Positions 36,112-48,393 of a stretch of DNA of 64,000 bases are shown piece by piece. This stretch comes from Heterodontus francisci (taxonomy: Eukaryota). The first letter of the stretch is position 1. Each line of letters opens with the position of its first letter. The notes under the pieces are model-generated. The model saw nothing but the letters and a program-made list of their open reading frames with translations, was not told the origin of the DNA and did not search any database. A program made the translations under genes and the position numbers. The DNA lies in the NCBI RefSeq assembly GCF_036365525.1, contig NC_090379.1:50216500-50280499 (forward strand), in the 5' to 3' direction.

Positions 36112-39100
36112 GCATAAGAACATAAGAAATAGGAGCAGGAGTAGGCTATTTGGTCCCTTGAGCCTGCTCCACCATTCAACAAGATCATGGCTGATCTGAT
36201 TATGGCCTGAACTCCACTTTCCTGCCAGCCCCCATAGCACTTGACTCTCCTGTAGATCGAAAATTTGTCCAACTCAGCCTTGAATATATTCAATGACTCA
36301 GCCTCCACTGCTCTCTAGGGAAGAGAATGCCAAAGATTAACCACCCTCTAAGAGAAGAAGTTCCTCTGTCTTAAATGGGCAACCCCTTATTTTGAAACTG
36401 TTCCCCCACGAGGGGAAACATCTTTCAACATTTACCCTGTCAAGCCCCCTCAGAATCTTATATGTTTCAATAAGATCACCTCTCATTCTTCTGAACTCCA
36501 ATCAGTATAGGCCCAACTTGCTCAACCTTTCCTCATAAGGCAACCCCTTCATCGCAGGAATCAACCTCGTGAAACTTCTCTGTACTGGCTCCTATGCAAG
36601 TATATCCCTCCTTAAATAAGGAGACCAAAACTGTATGCACTACTCTAGGTGTGGTCTCGCCAATGCCTCACTAAGTCATGTAGCATTACTTCCCTACTTT
36701 TATATTCCATCTCCCTTGCAAAAAAAAGGCTAACGTTGCATTTGCCTTCCGAATTACTTCTTGGAACTGCATGCTAACTTTTTGTGATTCATGTACAAGG
36801 ACACACAGTTCCCATTGTACTGCTGCATTCTGCAGTCTCTCTCCATCTAAATAATATTCTGCTTTTTATTCTTCCCATCAAAGTGGACAACCTGACATTT
36901 TCCCATATTATCTACCACTCCATCTGCCAAATTTTTGTCCACTCACTTATCAAATCTATATCCCTTTGTAGATTCTTTGTGTTCTCCTCACAACTTGCTT
37001 TCCTACCTATCTTTGTATCGGTGGTGTTCTCAGGACTGAAGTAAAATTCAGCTGAGTTTAGTGAAAGATATGAGACTGCATGATGTTGAAAACAATGGAT
37101 TCTTCTTTATTCTTTTACTTTCATTTTCCAGCCCCTCTGCTGGCATATATGTGTCTGGTAGCCTCAAGTGAATAAAATGCACAATGTAATTTTCAAAACA
37201 CTACAGTATTGCTACAATACACTCGGTCCCTGTATCCCAGTCATTAATATAGAATGTAATTGGTTGAGGCCCCAGCACTGATCCCTGTGGCATCCCACTG
37301 GTTAAAGTTTGCTAACCTGAAAATGCCCCATTTATCCCACCTCTCTGTTTTCTGTTAGTTAGCCAATTCTCTATCCATGCTAATATATTACCCCCAACAC
37401 CATGAGCTCTTATCTTGTGCAGTAACCTGTTATACGGCACCTTATCGATGCCTTTTGGAAATCCAAATTACCTCATCTATTGGTTCCCTTTTATCCAACC
37501 TGCTTGTTGCATCCTTAATAAACTCTAATAAATTTTGCAAACACTATTTCCCTCTCACAAACCCTTGATGACTCTGCTTGATTGTATTATGATTTTCAAA
37601 ATGTCCTGCTGCTATTTCTTTAATAATGGATTCCAGCATGTTCCCAATGACAGATGCTAGGCCTATAGTTTCCCACTTTCTGTTTCCCTCCTTTCTTGAA
37701 TAGAGGTGTTACATTTGTGGTTTTCCAATCAGCTACGACCTTTCTAGAATCTAAGGATTTTTGGAAGTTTACAACCAATGCATCAACTATCTCTACAACC
37801 ACTTCTTTTAAGACCCCAGGATGCAGGCCATCAGGTCCTGTAGACTTGTCATTGGTTTTCCTAGTACTTTTTCTTTCGTGATAGTGGTTGTTTTAATTTC
37901 CTTACTCCCTTTTCCCCTTGATTTTCTACTATTCTTGGGATATTTTTGTGTCTTCTTCTGTGACAGATGCAAAATACTTGTTCAAAGTCTCTGCCATTTC
38001 CTTGTTTCCAATTATTAATTCCACAGTCTCATCCTCTAAGGGGCCAATGTTTACTTCAGCTACTCTCTCCCTTTTTATATACTTGTGGAAGTTCTTACTG
38101 TCTGTTTTTATATTTCTTGTTAGATTACTCTCATATTCTAATTTTTCCCTCTTTATTTTCCTTTTGTCATCCTTTGCTGGTTTCTAAAATTTACCCAATC
38201 TTCTGGCCTACCACTAATCTTCGCAGCATTGTATGCCTTTTCTTTCAATTCGATATCATCCATAACTTCCTTAGTTAGCTATGGGTGGTGCATCCTTCTC
38301 ATAGAGTCTTTCTTTCTGAATGATATATATCTTTGTTGAGTGTCATAAAATATCTCCTTAAATGTCTGCCACTGCTTATGTACTGTGTTACCTTTTAACC
38401 TATTTTCCCAGTCCACTGTAGCCAACTCTGTCTTCAAACATTTGTAATTGCATTTATTTAAGTTTAAGACACTAGTTTCAGACCCAAGTTTCTCACCCCC
38501 AAACTGAATGTGAAATTCTAAAATGTTATGATCACTCTTACCTAGAGGATCCTTTACTATGAGATAATTAATTAATCCTGCCTCATTACACATTACCAAG
38601 TCTAAAATAGCCTGTTCCCTGGTTGGTTCCACGATGTAGTGTTTGAAGAAACCGTCCGAATACAGTCTATGAACTCATCCTCAAGGCTACCTTTAGTGAT
38701 TTGCCTAATCTAAATAAAGATTAAAATCACCCACAATTATTGCAGTAGCTTTCTTCCAAGCCCCCATTATTTCTTGATTTATACTCTGTCCTACAGTGTG
38801 GCTATTGTTAGGTGGCCTATAAATTACTCCCACCAGTGACTTCCTTCCTTTGCTATTTTTTTTATCCCCATCCAAACTGATTCTATATCTTGATCTTCCA
38901 AGACAAGATCATTTCTCAGTGCTGTACTGATCTCATCCTTTAATAAAAAATGCTACCACACATCCTTTTCCTTTCTTCCTATCCTTCAGAAATGCCAAGT
39001 ACACTTGAATATTTAGTTCCCAGCCTTGGTCACTCTGGAACTATGTCTCTAATAGTTATCATATCATACCCATTTATTTCTATTTATGCTCTCAATTCAC

Positions 39101-41115
39101 CCATCTTGTTATGAATGCTGCATGACAGCTTTAATTCTGTTTTTTTACAATTTTTCCCTAGCCTGACCCTATTTGCTGATGCACCCTGCCCCTTCTTGTC
39201 AGTCTGATTATCATTACCTTTATCGCTACCCTGCACTATTGCCTTGTCCTTTCTCATTAATTTTCTAAATCTCCCCTTGCCCCTACTATTTAGTTTAAAG
39301 CCCTCTCTACAGTCTTTGTTATACGATTTGCCAGGACACTGGTCCCAGTACGGTTCAAATGAAGCCTGTCCTAATGGTACACCTTCCTCTTTCTCCAGTA
39401 CTGATGCCAGTGCCCCATAAAGTGAAACCCATTTCTCCCACACCAATCTTTGAGCCACGCATTCAACTCTCTGATTTTATTTACACAATGCCAATTTTCT
39501 CGTGGCTCAGCTAGTAATCCAGAGATTATTACTTTTGTGGTTCTAATTTTTAATTTAGTCCCGAGCCACTCATCCTCCCTCAGCAGAACCTCCATCTTAG
39601 TCCTACCTATGCTGTTGGGTACCTATGTGGACCACACAACTGGATCCTTCACCTCCCACTCCAAGTTCCTCCCCAGCCCTAAGAAGATGTCCTTAACTCT
39701 GGCATCGGGCAGGCAACACAGCCTTCAGGACTCATGCTATTGGCTGCAGAGAACAATATCTATCCAGATAACTATACTGTCCCATACTACTACTACATTC
39801 CTTTTCACTTCCCCCAATTGAATGATCCTCTATACCATGGTGCTGTAGTCAGTTTGCTCATCCTCCCTGCAGCCCCTGCTCTCATTTACATTGGCAGCAA
39901 GAACCTCAAACCTGTTGGGCAAATACAAGGGCTGAGGCTCTTCCAGTGCTACCTTCTGGATCCCGATACCAGCCTCACTCACACCCTCCTGTCCCTGACC
40001 ACGTACCAAATCTGAAATATCTACTCCTAAGGGTTGTGACTGCCTCCTAGAATGAAGTGTCCAGATAAATTTCTTCCTCCCTGATGCATTGCTGTCTGAA
40101 GCTCAGATTCCAGCTGATCAACTCTGAGCCGAAGTTCCTCGAGCTGCAGACACTTACTGCAGATGTGATTGCAGTGGATCACACTGGTGTCCACCAGCTC
40201 CCACACGATACAGCTGCAATACATCAGCTGCCCTGCCATCTTTATTGTATTTTGTTTAACCAATTAGGGATTCACATTTAGAAACATTGCTCAATGGTAA
40301 TTTGTAGTTATAGGCAAGTAGCTCATCTCCTGACTCCCCAAAGCCTGTCCACCATCTACAAGGCACAAGTCAGGAGTGTGATGAAATACTCTTCACTTGC
40401 CTGGATGGGTGCAGCTCCAACAACACTCAAGAAGCTCGACACCATCCAGGGCAAAGCAGCCCTCTTGATTGGCACCCCCTCCACAAACATTCACTCCCTC
40501 CACCACCAACGCTCAGTGGCAGCAGATGCACTGCAACAATGCACCAAGGCTCCTTAGACAACACCTTCCAAACCCATGACTTCTACCACCTAGAAGGACA
40601 AGGGCAGCAGATGCATGGGAACACCACCACCTGCAAGTTCCCCTCCAAGCCACACACCATCCTGACTTGGAACTATATCACCGTTACTTCAATGTTACTG
40701 GGTCAAAATCTTGAAACTCCCTTCCTAACAGCACTGCGGGTGTACCTACCCCATATGGACTGCTGCGGTTCAAGAAGGCGGCTCACCACCACCTTCTCAA
40801 GGGAAATTAGGGATGGGCAATAAATGCTGTTCTAGCCAGCGATGCCCACATCCCATGAATGAATAAAAAAAATTAAGTAGTTTAACCAGTTAAGCTATAA
40901 ATTTAATACAGTACTTATATCTTCCCAGTACCAGTTTAGAGAAAATAAAAGAAACCTTAAAACTCACCAAGCTATCACCTACCTGCTTAACTAATTAATG
41001 CCTCTGGATTTCAGCTCTCAAGTCTCACTGTGTCCCTCTCTCGGATCCCTCCTTGTTCTGTAAAAGACTAGAACAGCATCTCTTCCCTCACTGCGCCAAA
41101 TTCCCACACTCACCA
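36112..41115 (-). mobile_element. Near full-length degenerate CR1 LINE (5'UTR, ORF1 zinc finger/leucine zipper plus SGNH esterase, ORF2 APE-RT, tail)
   Basis: ORF1: CSCIVWE...CSKCLQLEELRLRVDQLESEL and KVIISGLL...LNAWLKDWCGRNGFHF. ORF2: PTREQAILDLVMCN, GKSDHNILEF, DWKTTNVTPLFKKG. Tail at 36112. The 5'UTR extent (40873-41115) is inferred. Confidence 0.88.
40313..40872 (+). mobile_element. 3' fragment of the tRNA-headed LINE family
   Basis: HLLTPQSLSTIYKAQVRSVM, with the same tail and poly(A) as 46260-46335. Confidence 0.92.
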
Positions 41116-41611
41116 AATTCCTGACTTAAGCATCCTGTCGAAGAAGGCCTCCATCGAGCTAGACGTTGCGCTACTTACTTCTACCTGTTTTTCCACGGAG
41201 GTGATGTCAACTAGTAGTCCTGGGCTATTGCTGAGGTGGGGATCAGTTGCTAATTCCATTGAAGTTGTCACATTCACCATTGATGCCTCCAACAAAGAAA
41301 AAACTTCTCCGATATGCCCCCTCCCTGCTTTTCATGCACATTGCAAGAAAGTTTCTTGAAAAATAGATTTGACAAATTTGGTGACAGCTAGCATTTGAGG
41401 ACTGTGTCCCAGGTGGCATCAGACATTATGTAGAAGAAAGGGTTATAAATAAGAACAGTTAGGGGAGATGATAACACTTTCCATAAGATTCCAATTTAGT
41501 GACCTCTTAACAACAGTAGAGTCTGAAGGGTTACAGTATGCAGCAGTTCATCTTAGAGGATGAACAGTGGGCTTGGGCCAGGGTACCAAAGGACAGTGAC
41601 CAGCATATTAT

Positions 41612-41854
41612 CTTGCCTGCCATCAACAGGTCATTAGACTTTTTCCAGCATTGATCTGAATTCTGGGGTGAGATCGGTAGCACCACTGCCACCTTCCTCC
41701 ACATGACATGTGAGAACTATCACTGTGGTTTTCTCCTGTGATCATCCAACAGTCTCACTCTCTTTTGTTACATTTCATTCAGGATTGTCTATATGTTAGT
41801 CTCATTGAAATTGGGTGCCCTTCTTTGCTACTTATTTGTAATGAAATGCTCCAT
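41612..41854 (-). pseudogene. Harbinger Myb/SANT-like ORF remnant
   Basis: One frame with stops: QRRAPNFNETNI*TILNEM*QKRVRLL...MWRKVAVVLPISPQNSDQCWKKSNDL, a Myb_DNA-bind_5-like pattern. Confidence 0.75.
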
Positions 41855-41936
41855 TCTTTGGGTGCCTCTGTCAGGCCTTCCACGGGAAAACATGCTTTAA
41901 AAGTGGCACAAAATCGCACATGGGCCGTCCATTAAA

Positions 41937-42085
41937 AGCATAAGAAATAGGAGCAGGAGTAGGTCATACAGCCCTTCGAGCCTTCTCTGCCATTCAATAA
42001 GATCATTCTGCATCAACTCCATCTTCCCGCCCTATCCTCATATCCCTTGATTCCCTAGTGCTGAAAAATCTATCCATCCCAGCTA
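41937..42085 (-). mobile_element. CR1 3' tail fragment
   Basis: cataagaaataggagcaggagtagg...ccattcaataagatcat, as in other CR1 tails. Confidence 0.8.
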
Positions 42086-43061
42086 TGTGGCAGTCGACTC
42101 AGTGCATCAAAAACTTTCCTACCTATGTGCTGATCCCCTAGCTTACTGCTGCAATCTTCAGTCAGAATTGGCCTCATAAGGGCTGCATTCTTCATTTCCT
42201 AGGCTCAATCAAGTGTACTACACATGTGTTCCACAGGAGTTGCACTACTGAACCACCAATAGATATTAAAACCAACTAACCCCACAATTTACAGAGGGTA
42301 AGCGTTGGCAAGCATCAACGGGGGACATTCCCAACTCATATGTGTAACACTGGTGTAAGCAGCACCATGGCATTTTGGGCCCACTTGAGAATAAATATAA
42401 TATTGTCACCTCCCAAATCCATGCCCATCATTCCTGGAACTCCATGTTTGAATCTCTCCAATCAGGTTTCCACCCCTGTCACAGTATTGAAACAGCTCTT
42501 ATCAAAGTCACTGATCACATCCTATGTGACTGTGACAAAGGAAAGCTTTCTCAATCTGTCTGCAGCCCATGACATGGTAGGCCACACTATCCTCCTACAA
42601 AGTGGCTGCACTGTCGTCCAGCTGGGTGGGACTGCACTCACCTGGTTCCATTCTTATTGATCTAATCATAATTAGAGTATCACTTGCAATGGCTTCTCTT
42701 CCTGCTCCTGCACTGTTACCTCTGGTGTCCCCCAAGAACCTATCCTTGGCCCCCTCCTATTTCCCATCTACATGCTACCCCTTGGTGACACCATCCAAAA
42801 GCACTGTGTTAGTTTTCACATGTATGCTGACCATACCCAGCTCTACCTCACCACCACCTCTTTCAACTCCTCCACTGTTGCCAAATTATCAGACTGCTTA
42901 TCTGACATCCAGTACTGGATGAGCAGAAATTTCCTCCAATTAAATATTGGGAAGACTGAAGCCATTGTTTTCAGTCCCTGCTCCATACTCCGCTCCTTAG
43001 CTATCAACTCCATCCCTCTCCATGGAAACAGTCTGGAACTAAACTGTATGTTCGTAACCTT

Positions 43062-46000
43062 GGGGAGGCAGTGGCATAGTGGTATTGTCACTGGACTAGT
43101 AACCCAGAGACCCAGGGTATTGCTCTGGGGACATGAGTTCAAATCCCACCACAGCAGAAGGTGGAATTTGAATTCAATTAATAAATCTGGAATTAAAAGC
43201 TAGTCTAATGATGGAACCATGAAACCATTGTCGATTGTTGTAAAAACCCAACTGGTTCACTAATGTCCTTTAGGGAAGGAAATCTGCTGTCCTTACCTAG
43301 TCTGGCCTACATGTGACTCCAGACCCACAACAATGTGGTTGACTCTTACATGCCCTCTGAAATGGCCTACCAAGCCACTCAGTTGTATCTAACCGCGATG
43401 AAGTCAATAAAAAGGAATGAAACTGGACGGACCACCTGGCATCGACCTAGGCACCGGAAACGACAATGGCAAACCGAGCCCTGTCAACCCTGCAAAGTCC
43501 TCCTTACTAACATCTGGGGGCTTGTGCCAAAGTTGGGAGAGCTGTCCCACAGACTAGTCAAGCAACAGCCTGACATAGTCATACTCACGGAATCATACCT
43601 TACAGACAATGTCCCATACACTGCCATCACCATCTCCGGGTATGTCCTGACCCACGAGCAGGACAGACCCACCAGAGGTGGTGGCACAGTGGTATACAGT
43701 AGGGAGGTAGTTTCCCTGGGAGTCCTCAACATCGACTCCGGACCCCATGGTCTCATGGCATCAGATCAAACTTTGACATGGAAACCTCCTGCTGATTACC
43801 ACCTACTGCCCTCCCTCAGCTGATGAGTCAGTACTCCTCCATGTTGAACAGCACTTGGAGGAAGCACTGAGGGTGGTGAGGGCACAAAATGTACTCTGGG
43901 TGGGGGACTTCAATGTCCATCACCATGAGTGGCTCGGTAGCAACACTACTGACCGAGCTGGCCGAGTCCGAAAGGACAGAGCTGCTAGACTGGGTATGCG
44001 GCAGGTGGTGAGGGAACCAACACGAGGGGAAAACATACTTGACCTCATCCTCACCAATCTGCCTGCCGCAGATGCATCTGTCCATGACAGTATTGGTAGG
44101 AGTGACCACCGCACAATCCTTGTGGAGACAAAGTCCCGCCTTCACATTGAGGATATCCTCCATCGTGTTGTGTGGCACTGCCACTGTGCTAAATGGGATA
44201 GATTTCAAACAGATCTAGCAATACAAAACTGGGCATCCATGAGGCGCTGTGGACCATCAGCAGCAGCAGATTTGTACTGAACCACAATCTGTAACCTCAT
44301 GGCCCAGCATATCCCCCACTCTACCATTACCATTAAGCCAGGAGACCAACCTTGGTTCAATGAAAAGTGCAGGAGGGCATGCCAGGAGCAGCACCAGGCA
44401 TACCTCAAAATGAGGTGTCAACCTGGTGAAGCTACAACACAGGACTATCTGCATGCCAAACTGCGTAAGCAGCATGCGATAGACAGAGCTAAGCAATCCC
44501 ATAACCAAAGGATCAGATCTAAGCTCTGAGGTCCTGCCAAATCCAGCCATAAATGGTGGTGGACAATTAAACAACTAACTGGAGGAGGTGGCTCCACAAA
44601 TATGCGCATCCTCAATGATGGGGGAGCCCAGCACATCAGTGCAAAAGATAAGGCTGAAGCATTTGCAACAATCTTCAGCCAGAGGTGCCGGGTTGATGAT
44701 CCATCTTGGCCTCCTCCTGAAGTCCCCAGCATCACAGATGCCAGACTTCAGCCAATTCGATTCACTCCGCGTGATATCAAGAAATGACTGAAGGCACTGT
44801 ATACTGCAAAAGCTATGGGCCCTGACAATATTCCGGCAATAGTACTGAAGACCTGTGCTCCAGAACTTGCCGCGCCCCTAGCCAAGCTGTTCCAGTACAG
44901 CTACAACACTGGCATCTACCCTGCAATGTGGAAAATTGCCCAGGTATGTCCTGTACACAAAAAGCAGCACAGGTCCAACCCGGCCAATTACTGCCCCATC
45001 AGCCTACTCTCAATCATCAGTAAAGTGATGGAAGGTGTATTGCTTAGCAATAACCTGCTCAGTGATGCTCAGTTTGGGTTCCGCCAAGGCCACTCAGCTC
45101 CTGACCTCGTTACAGCCTTGGTTCAAACATGGACAAAAGAGCTGAACTCAAAAGGTGAGGTGAGAATGACTGCCCTTGACATCAAGGCAGCATTTGACCG
45201 AGTATGGCATCAAGGAGCCCTAGCAAAACTGAGGTCAATGGGAATCAGGGGGAAAACCCTCCACTGGCTGGAGTCATACCTAGCACAAAGGAAGATGGTT
45301 GTGTTGTTGGAGGTCAATTATCTGAGCTCCAGGACATTAGTGCAGGAGTTCCTCAGGGTAGTGTCCTAGGGCCAACCATCCTCAGCTGCTTCATCAATGA
45401 CCTTCCTTCAATCATAAGGTAGGAAGTGGGGATGTTCGCTAATGACTACACAATGTTCAGCACCATTCGTAACTCCTCAGATACTGAAGCAGTCCGTGTA
45501 GAAATGCAGCAAGACCTGGACAATATCCAGGCTTGGACTGATAAGTGGCAAGTAACATTCGCGCCACACAAGTGCCAGGCAATGACCATCTCCAACAAGA
45601 GAGAATCTAACCATCTCCCCTTGACATTCAACGGCATTACCATCTCTGAATCCCCCACTATCAACACCTTAGGGGCTACCATTGACCAGAAACTGAACTG
45701 GAGTAGCCATATAAATACCATGGCGACAAGAGCAGGTCAGAGGCTAGGAATCCTGAGGCGAGTAACTCACCTCCTGACTCCTCAAAGCCTGTCCACCATC
45801 TACAAGGCACAAGTCAGGAGTGTGATGGAATACTCTCCACTTGCCTGGATGGGTGCAGCTCCAACAACACTCATGAAGCTCGACACCATCCAGGACAAAG
45901 CAGCCCACTTGATTGGCACACCATCTACAAACATTCACTCCCTCCACCACTGACGCACAGTGGCAGCAGTGTGTACCATCTACAAGATGCACTGCAGCAA

Positions 46001-46335
46001 TGCACCAAGGCTCCTTAGACAGCACCTTCCAAACCCGTGTCCTCTACCAACTAGAAGGACAAGGGCAGCAAATACATGGGAACACCACCACCTGCAAGTT
46101 CCCCTCCAAGTCACACACCATCCTGACTTGGAACTATATCGCCGTTCCTTCACTGTCGCTGGGTCAAAATCCTGGAACTCCCTTCCTAACAGCACTGTGG
46201 GTATATCTACCCCACATGGACAGCAGCTGTTCAAGAAGGCTGCTCACCACCACCTTCTGAAGGGCAATTAGGGATGGGCAATAAATGCTGGCCTGCCCGT
46301 GACGCCCACATCCCATGAATGAATTAAAAAAAAAA
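43062..46335 (+). mobile_element. Full-length CR1/L2-group LINE with tRNA-derived head, single ORF and poly(A)
   Basis: A-box TGGCATAGTGG (43072-43082), B-box GTTCAAATCC (43137-43146), ~250 nt SINE-like body, APE-RT ORF, short 3'UTR and A10 tail. Confidence 0.92.
43398..46271 (+). pseudogene. Disrupted APE endonuclease-reverse transcriptase ORF
   Basis: LLTNIWGL, PDIVILTESYL, RGGGTVVY, VGDFNVHH, ILDLILTN, SDH (APE). [46 protein letters not shown] (RT). Several stops and frameshifts. Confidence 0.92.
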
Positions 46336-48219
46336 TTTGACCCCGAGATGAGCTTCCAACCGTATATTTGCGTCATTCCTAAGACTGCCTATTTTCTCCT
46401 CCATAACGTCGTCCCACCTGACCCCTGTCTCTAGCTCATCTGCTGCTGAAACCCTCATTCATATTCTTGTTACTTCTAGACTTGACTATTCCAACCACTC
46501 CTGGTGGGTCTCCTACATTCTCCTCTTCGTAATCTTGAGGTCACCCAAAATTCTGCTGGCCGTGTCTTAATTTGCACCAGGTCCCATTTGCCTATCACCA
46601 CTGTGCTCATTGACCTACATTTGCTCCCAGTCAAGCAATGTCTTGATTTTAAAATTCACATCCTTGTTTTCAAATCCCTCCATGGCCTCACACCTCCCCC
46701 CTCCCCCTCCCCACCTCTGTAATCTCCTCCAGCCCCACAACCTCTGAGATATCTGCACTCCTCTAATTCTGGCCTCTTGAGCTTCCCAATTTTAATCACT
46801 CCACCACTGGTGGCCGTGCTTTCAGCTGCCTTGGTCCTAAGCTCTTGAATACCCTCCCTGCATCTCTCTGCCTCTCCACCTTGCTTTCCTCCTTTAAGAC
46901 ACTCCTTAAAACCTTCCTCTGACAAAGCTTTTGATCATCCTTCTGTGGCTCAGTGTCATATTTTGTTTTATAATGCTCCTGTGTAGCGCCTTGGGATGTT
47001 TTATTGCATGAAAGGTGCTATATAAATATAAGGTGTTGTTTGCTGTTATTGTTGCTGTTGTTTTAGAGATAACCCTGAATTTTCCATAATAAAAATAATA
47101 ATAACAAATGCCTTGAATTTGTTTTCTTTCCACAAAAGACCTCTTTGCACATGCGGCCCAACTGTAAATGTGTAGTGGAGAATTCAATGCTCTAATTGGC
47201 TAATTCACCAGATTATTTAGTACAATTATTATTATTGAACTTGACTCTACAGGAATCAGACTCCAAACAACATGTTTAATGCAGAGATCAATAGTGCTTG
47301 TTACTAATTCATTTTTAGTATTTCACCTTTCCGCAAAGAACAATTTCAAAATAGATGTTCCCCCCTTAGCAACAGCAGTCGTTATGTGCTTTTGGAGACA
47401 TGCTAATCATACTTTGTCACCACATAGAAGTTGTACAATGCTTACTGCTGCAAATCTAAGAGCTTTCTGTGATTGAAAATCAATATTTCACTACAGTGCA
47501 GAATGACGTTAAATGCACAGAAAACTGCACTTCAAAAATATGAAATGGCCAAAGTAAACTTCATACATATTTGAGGTGTCAGCTGGTAGCAAAACCTCAC
47601 TAATCATCTCTACAAACCAGCTGAGGACTATTGTTACATACATGGAAAAGTTCCACTTATACATTTTACTGTTTCAATGCTTTTACTGGCATTTAATCAC
47701 TTGGATTCAGTTCAGGCCTTTTCAATATCTGTTCACATGGCTTAGAAAGTGAAGAAAAGCCCTACCAGCCTGACTCCATGGAGAAGTCAGTTTGCTTTCA
47801 GTTGAGTTGGATCTTTAAATAATTCAATATTTTATTCAGTAAAGCTTAGGCTTGTAGCATTTTGGGACTTTTACTGACGGCCTGAAAGGGATTTTGCTTT
47901 AATGCATGTCGTATTTGTATAAAGGCTGGATTCAGCTTACAAAGGATTAACTCCCAGAGGTGGAGCTTTTTTTTGTTTACCTAACACATAAAACTATTCA
48001 GAACATTGATTAGAATGGTGGGGATACCAGACAGGGCAGACTTTTACATGCTATACTAACCTTGAGACATGGAGGTATATTTTCAACTGGCTGCCCAAAC
48101 ATAAAACTACCATTATAAATTGGTCACCCATAATAGAAAACACTCAATTTTATTTCAACTGATTTCAAGGTAAATCCTGCCATACTTACCTGACACCTAC
48201 CCACCATGACATTGGCACA

Positions 48220-48393
48220 GGAAAGGAGTGCGGAAACAAGAAAAATATGGAATGAGAGGAGGGTGGGAGTGGGGAAACAGAAATAATCCAAAATCACAGG
48301 AGGAAGGGAATGAGAACCAGCAGTAATTCAGAATTAAGAAGGAGGGAGTGGGAAACCAGCAGTAATATGGAATCACAGGGGGGAAGGAGTGGG
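48220..48393. repeat. Degenerate purine-rich tandem repeat (~40-bp unit, ~4.5 copies)
   Basis: Recurring ggagtgggaaaccagcagtaatatggaatcacagg-like units. Confidence 0.6.

Larger units (their letters stand above)
42400..47062 (+). mobile_element. L2 LINE (42400-43061 and 46336-47062) split by the tRNA-headed LINE
   Basis: LQSGFHPCHSIETALIKV, FHMYADHTQLY, WMSRNFLQLNIGKTE. Resumes with AETLIH...SRLDYSN and ends ggtgctatataaat(gtt)n. Confidence 0.9.

Noticed and set aside
43062-43155. Functional tRNA gene
   Set aside because: No proper acceptor stem and no downstream T-run terminator. It is the head of a retroelement, and the same holds for 62601 and 6899.
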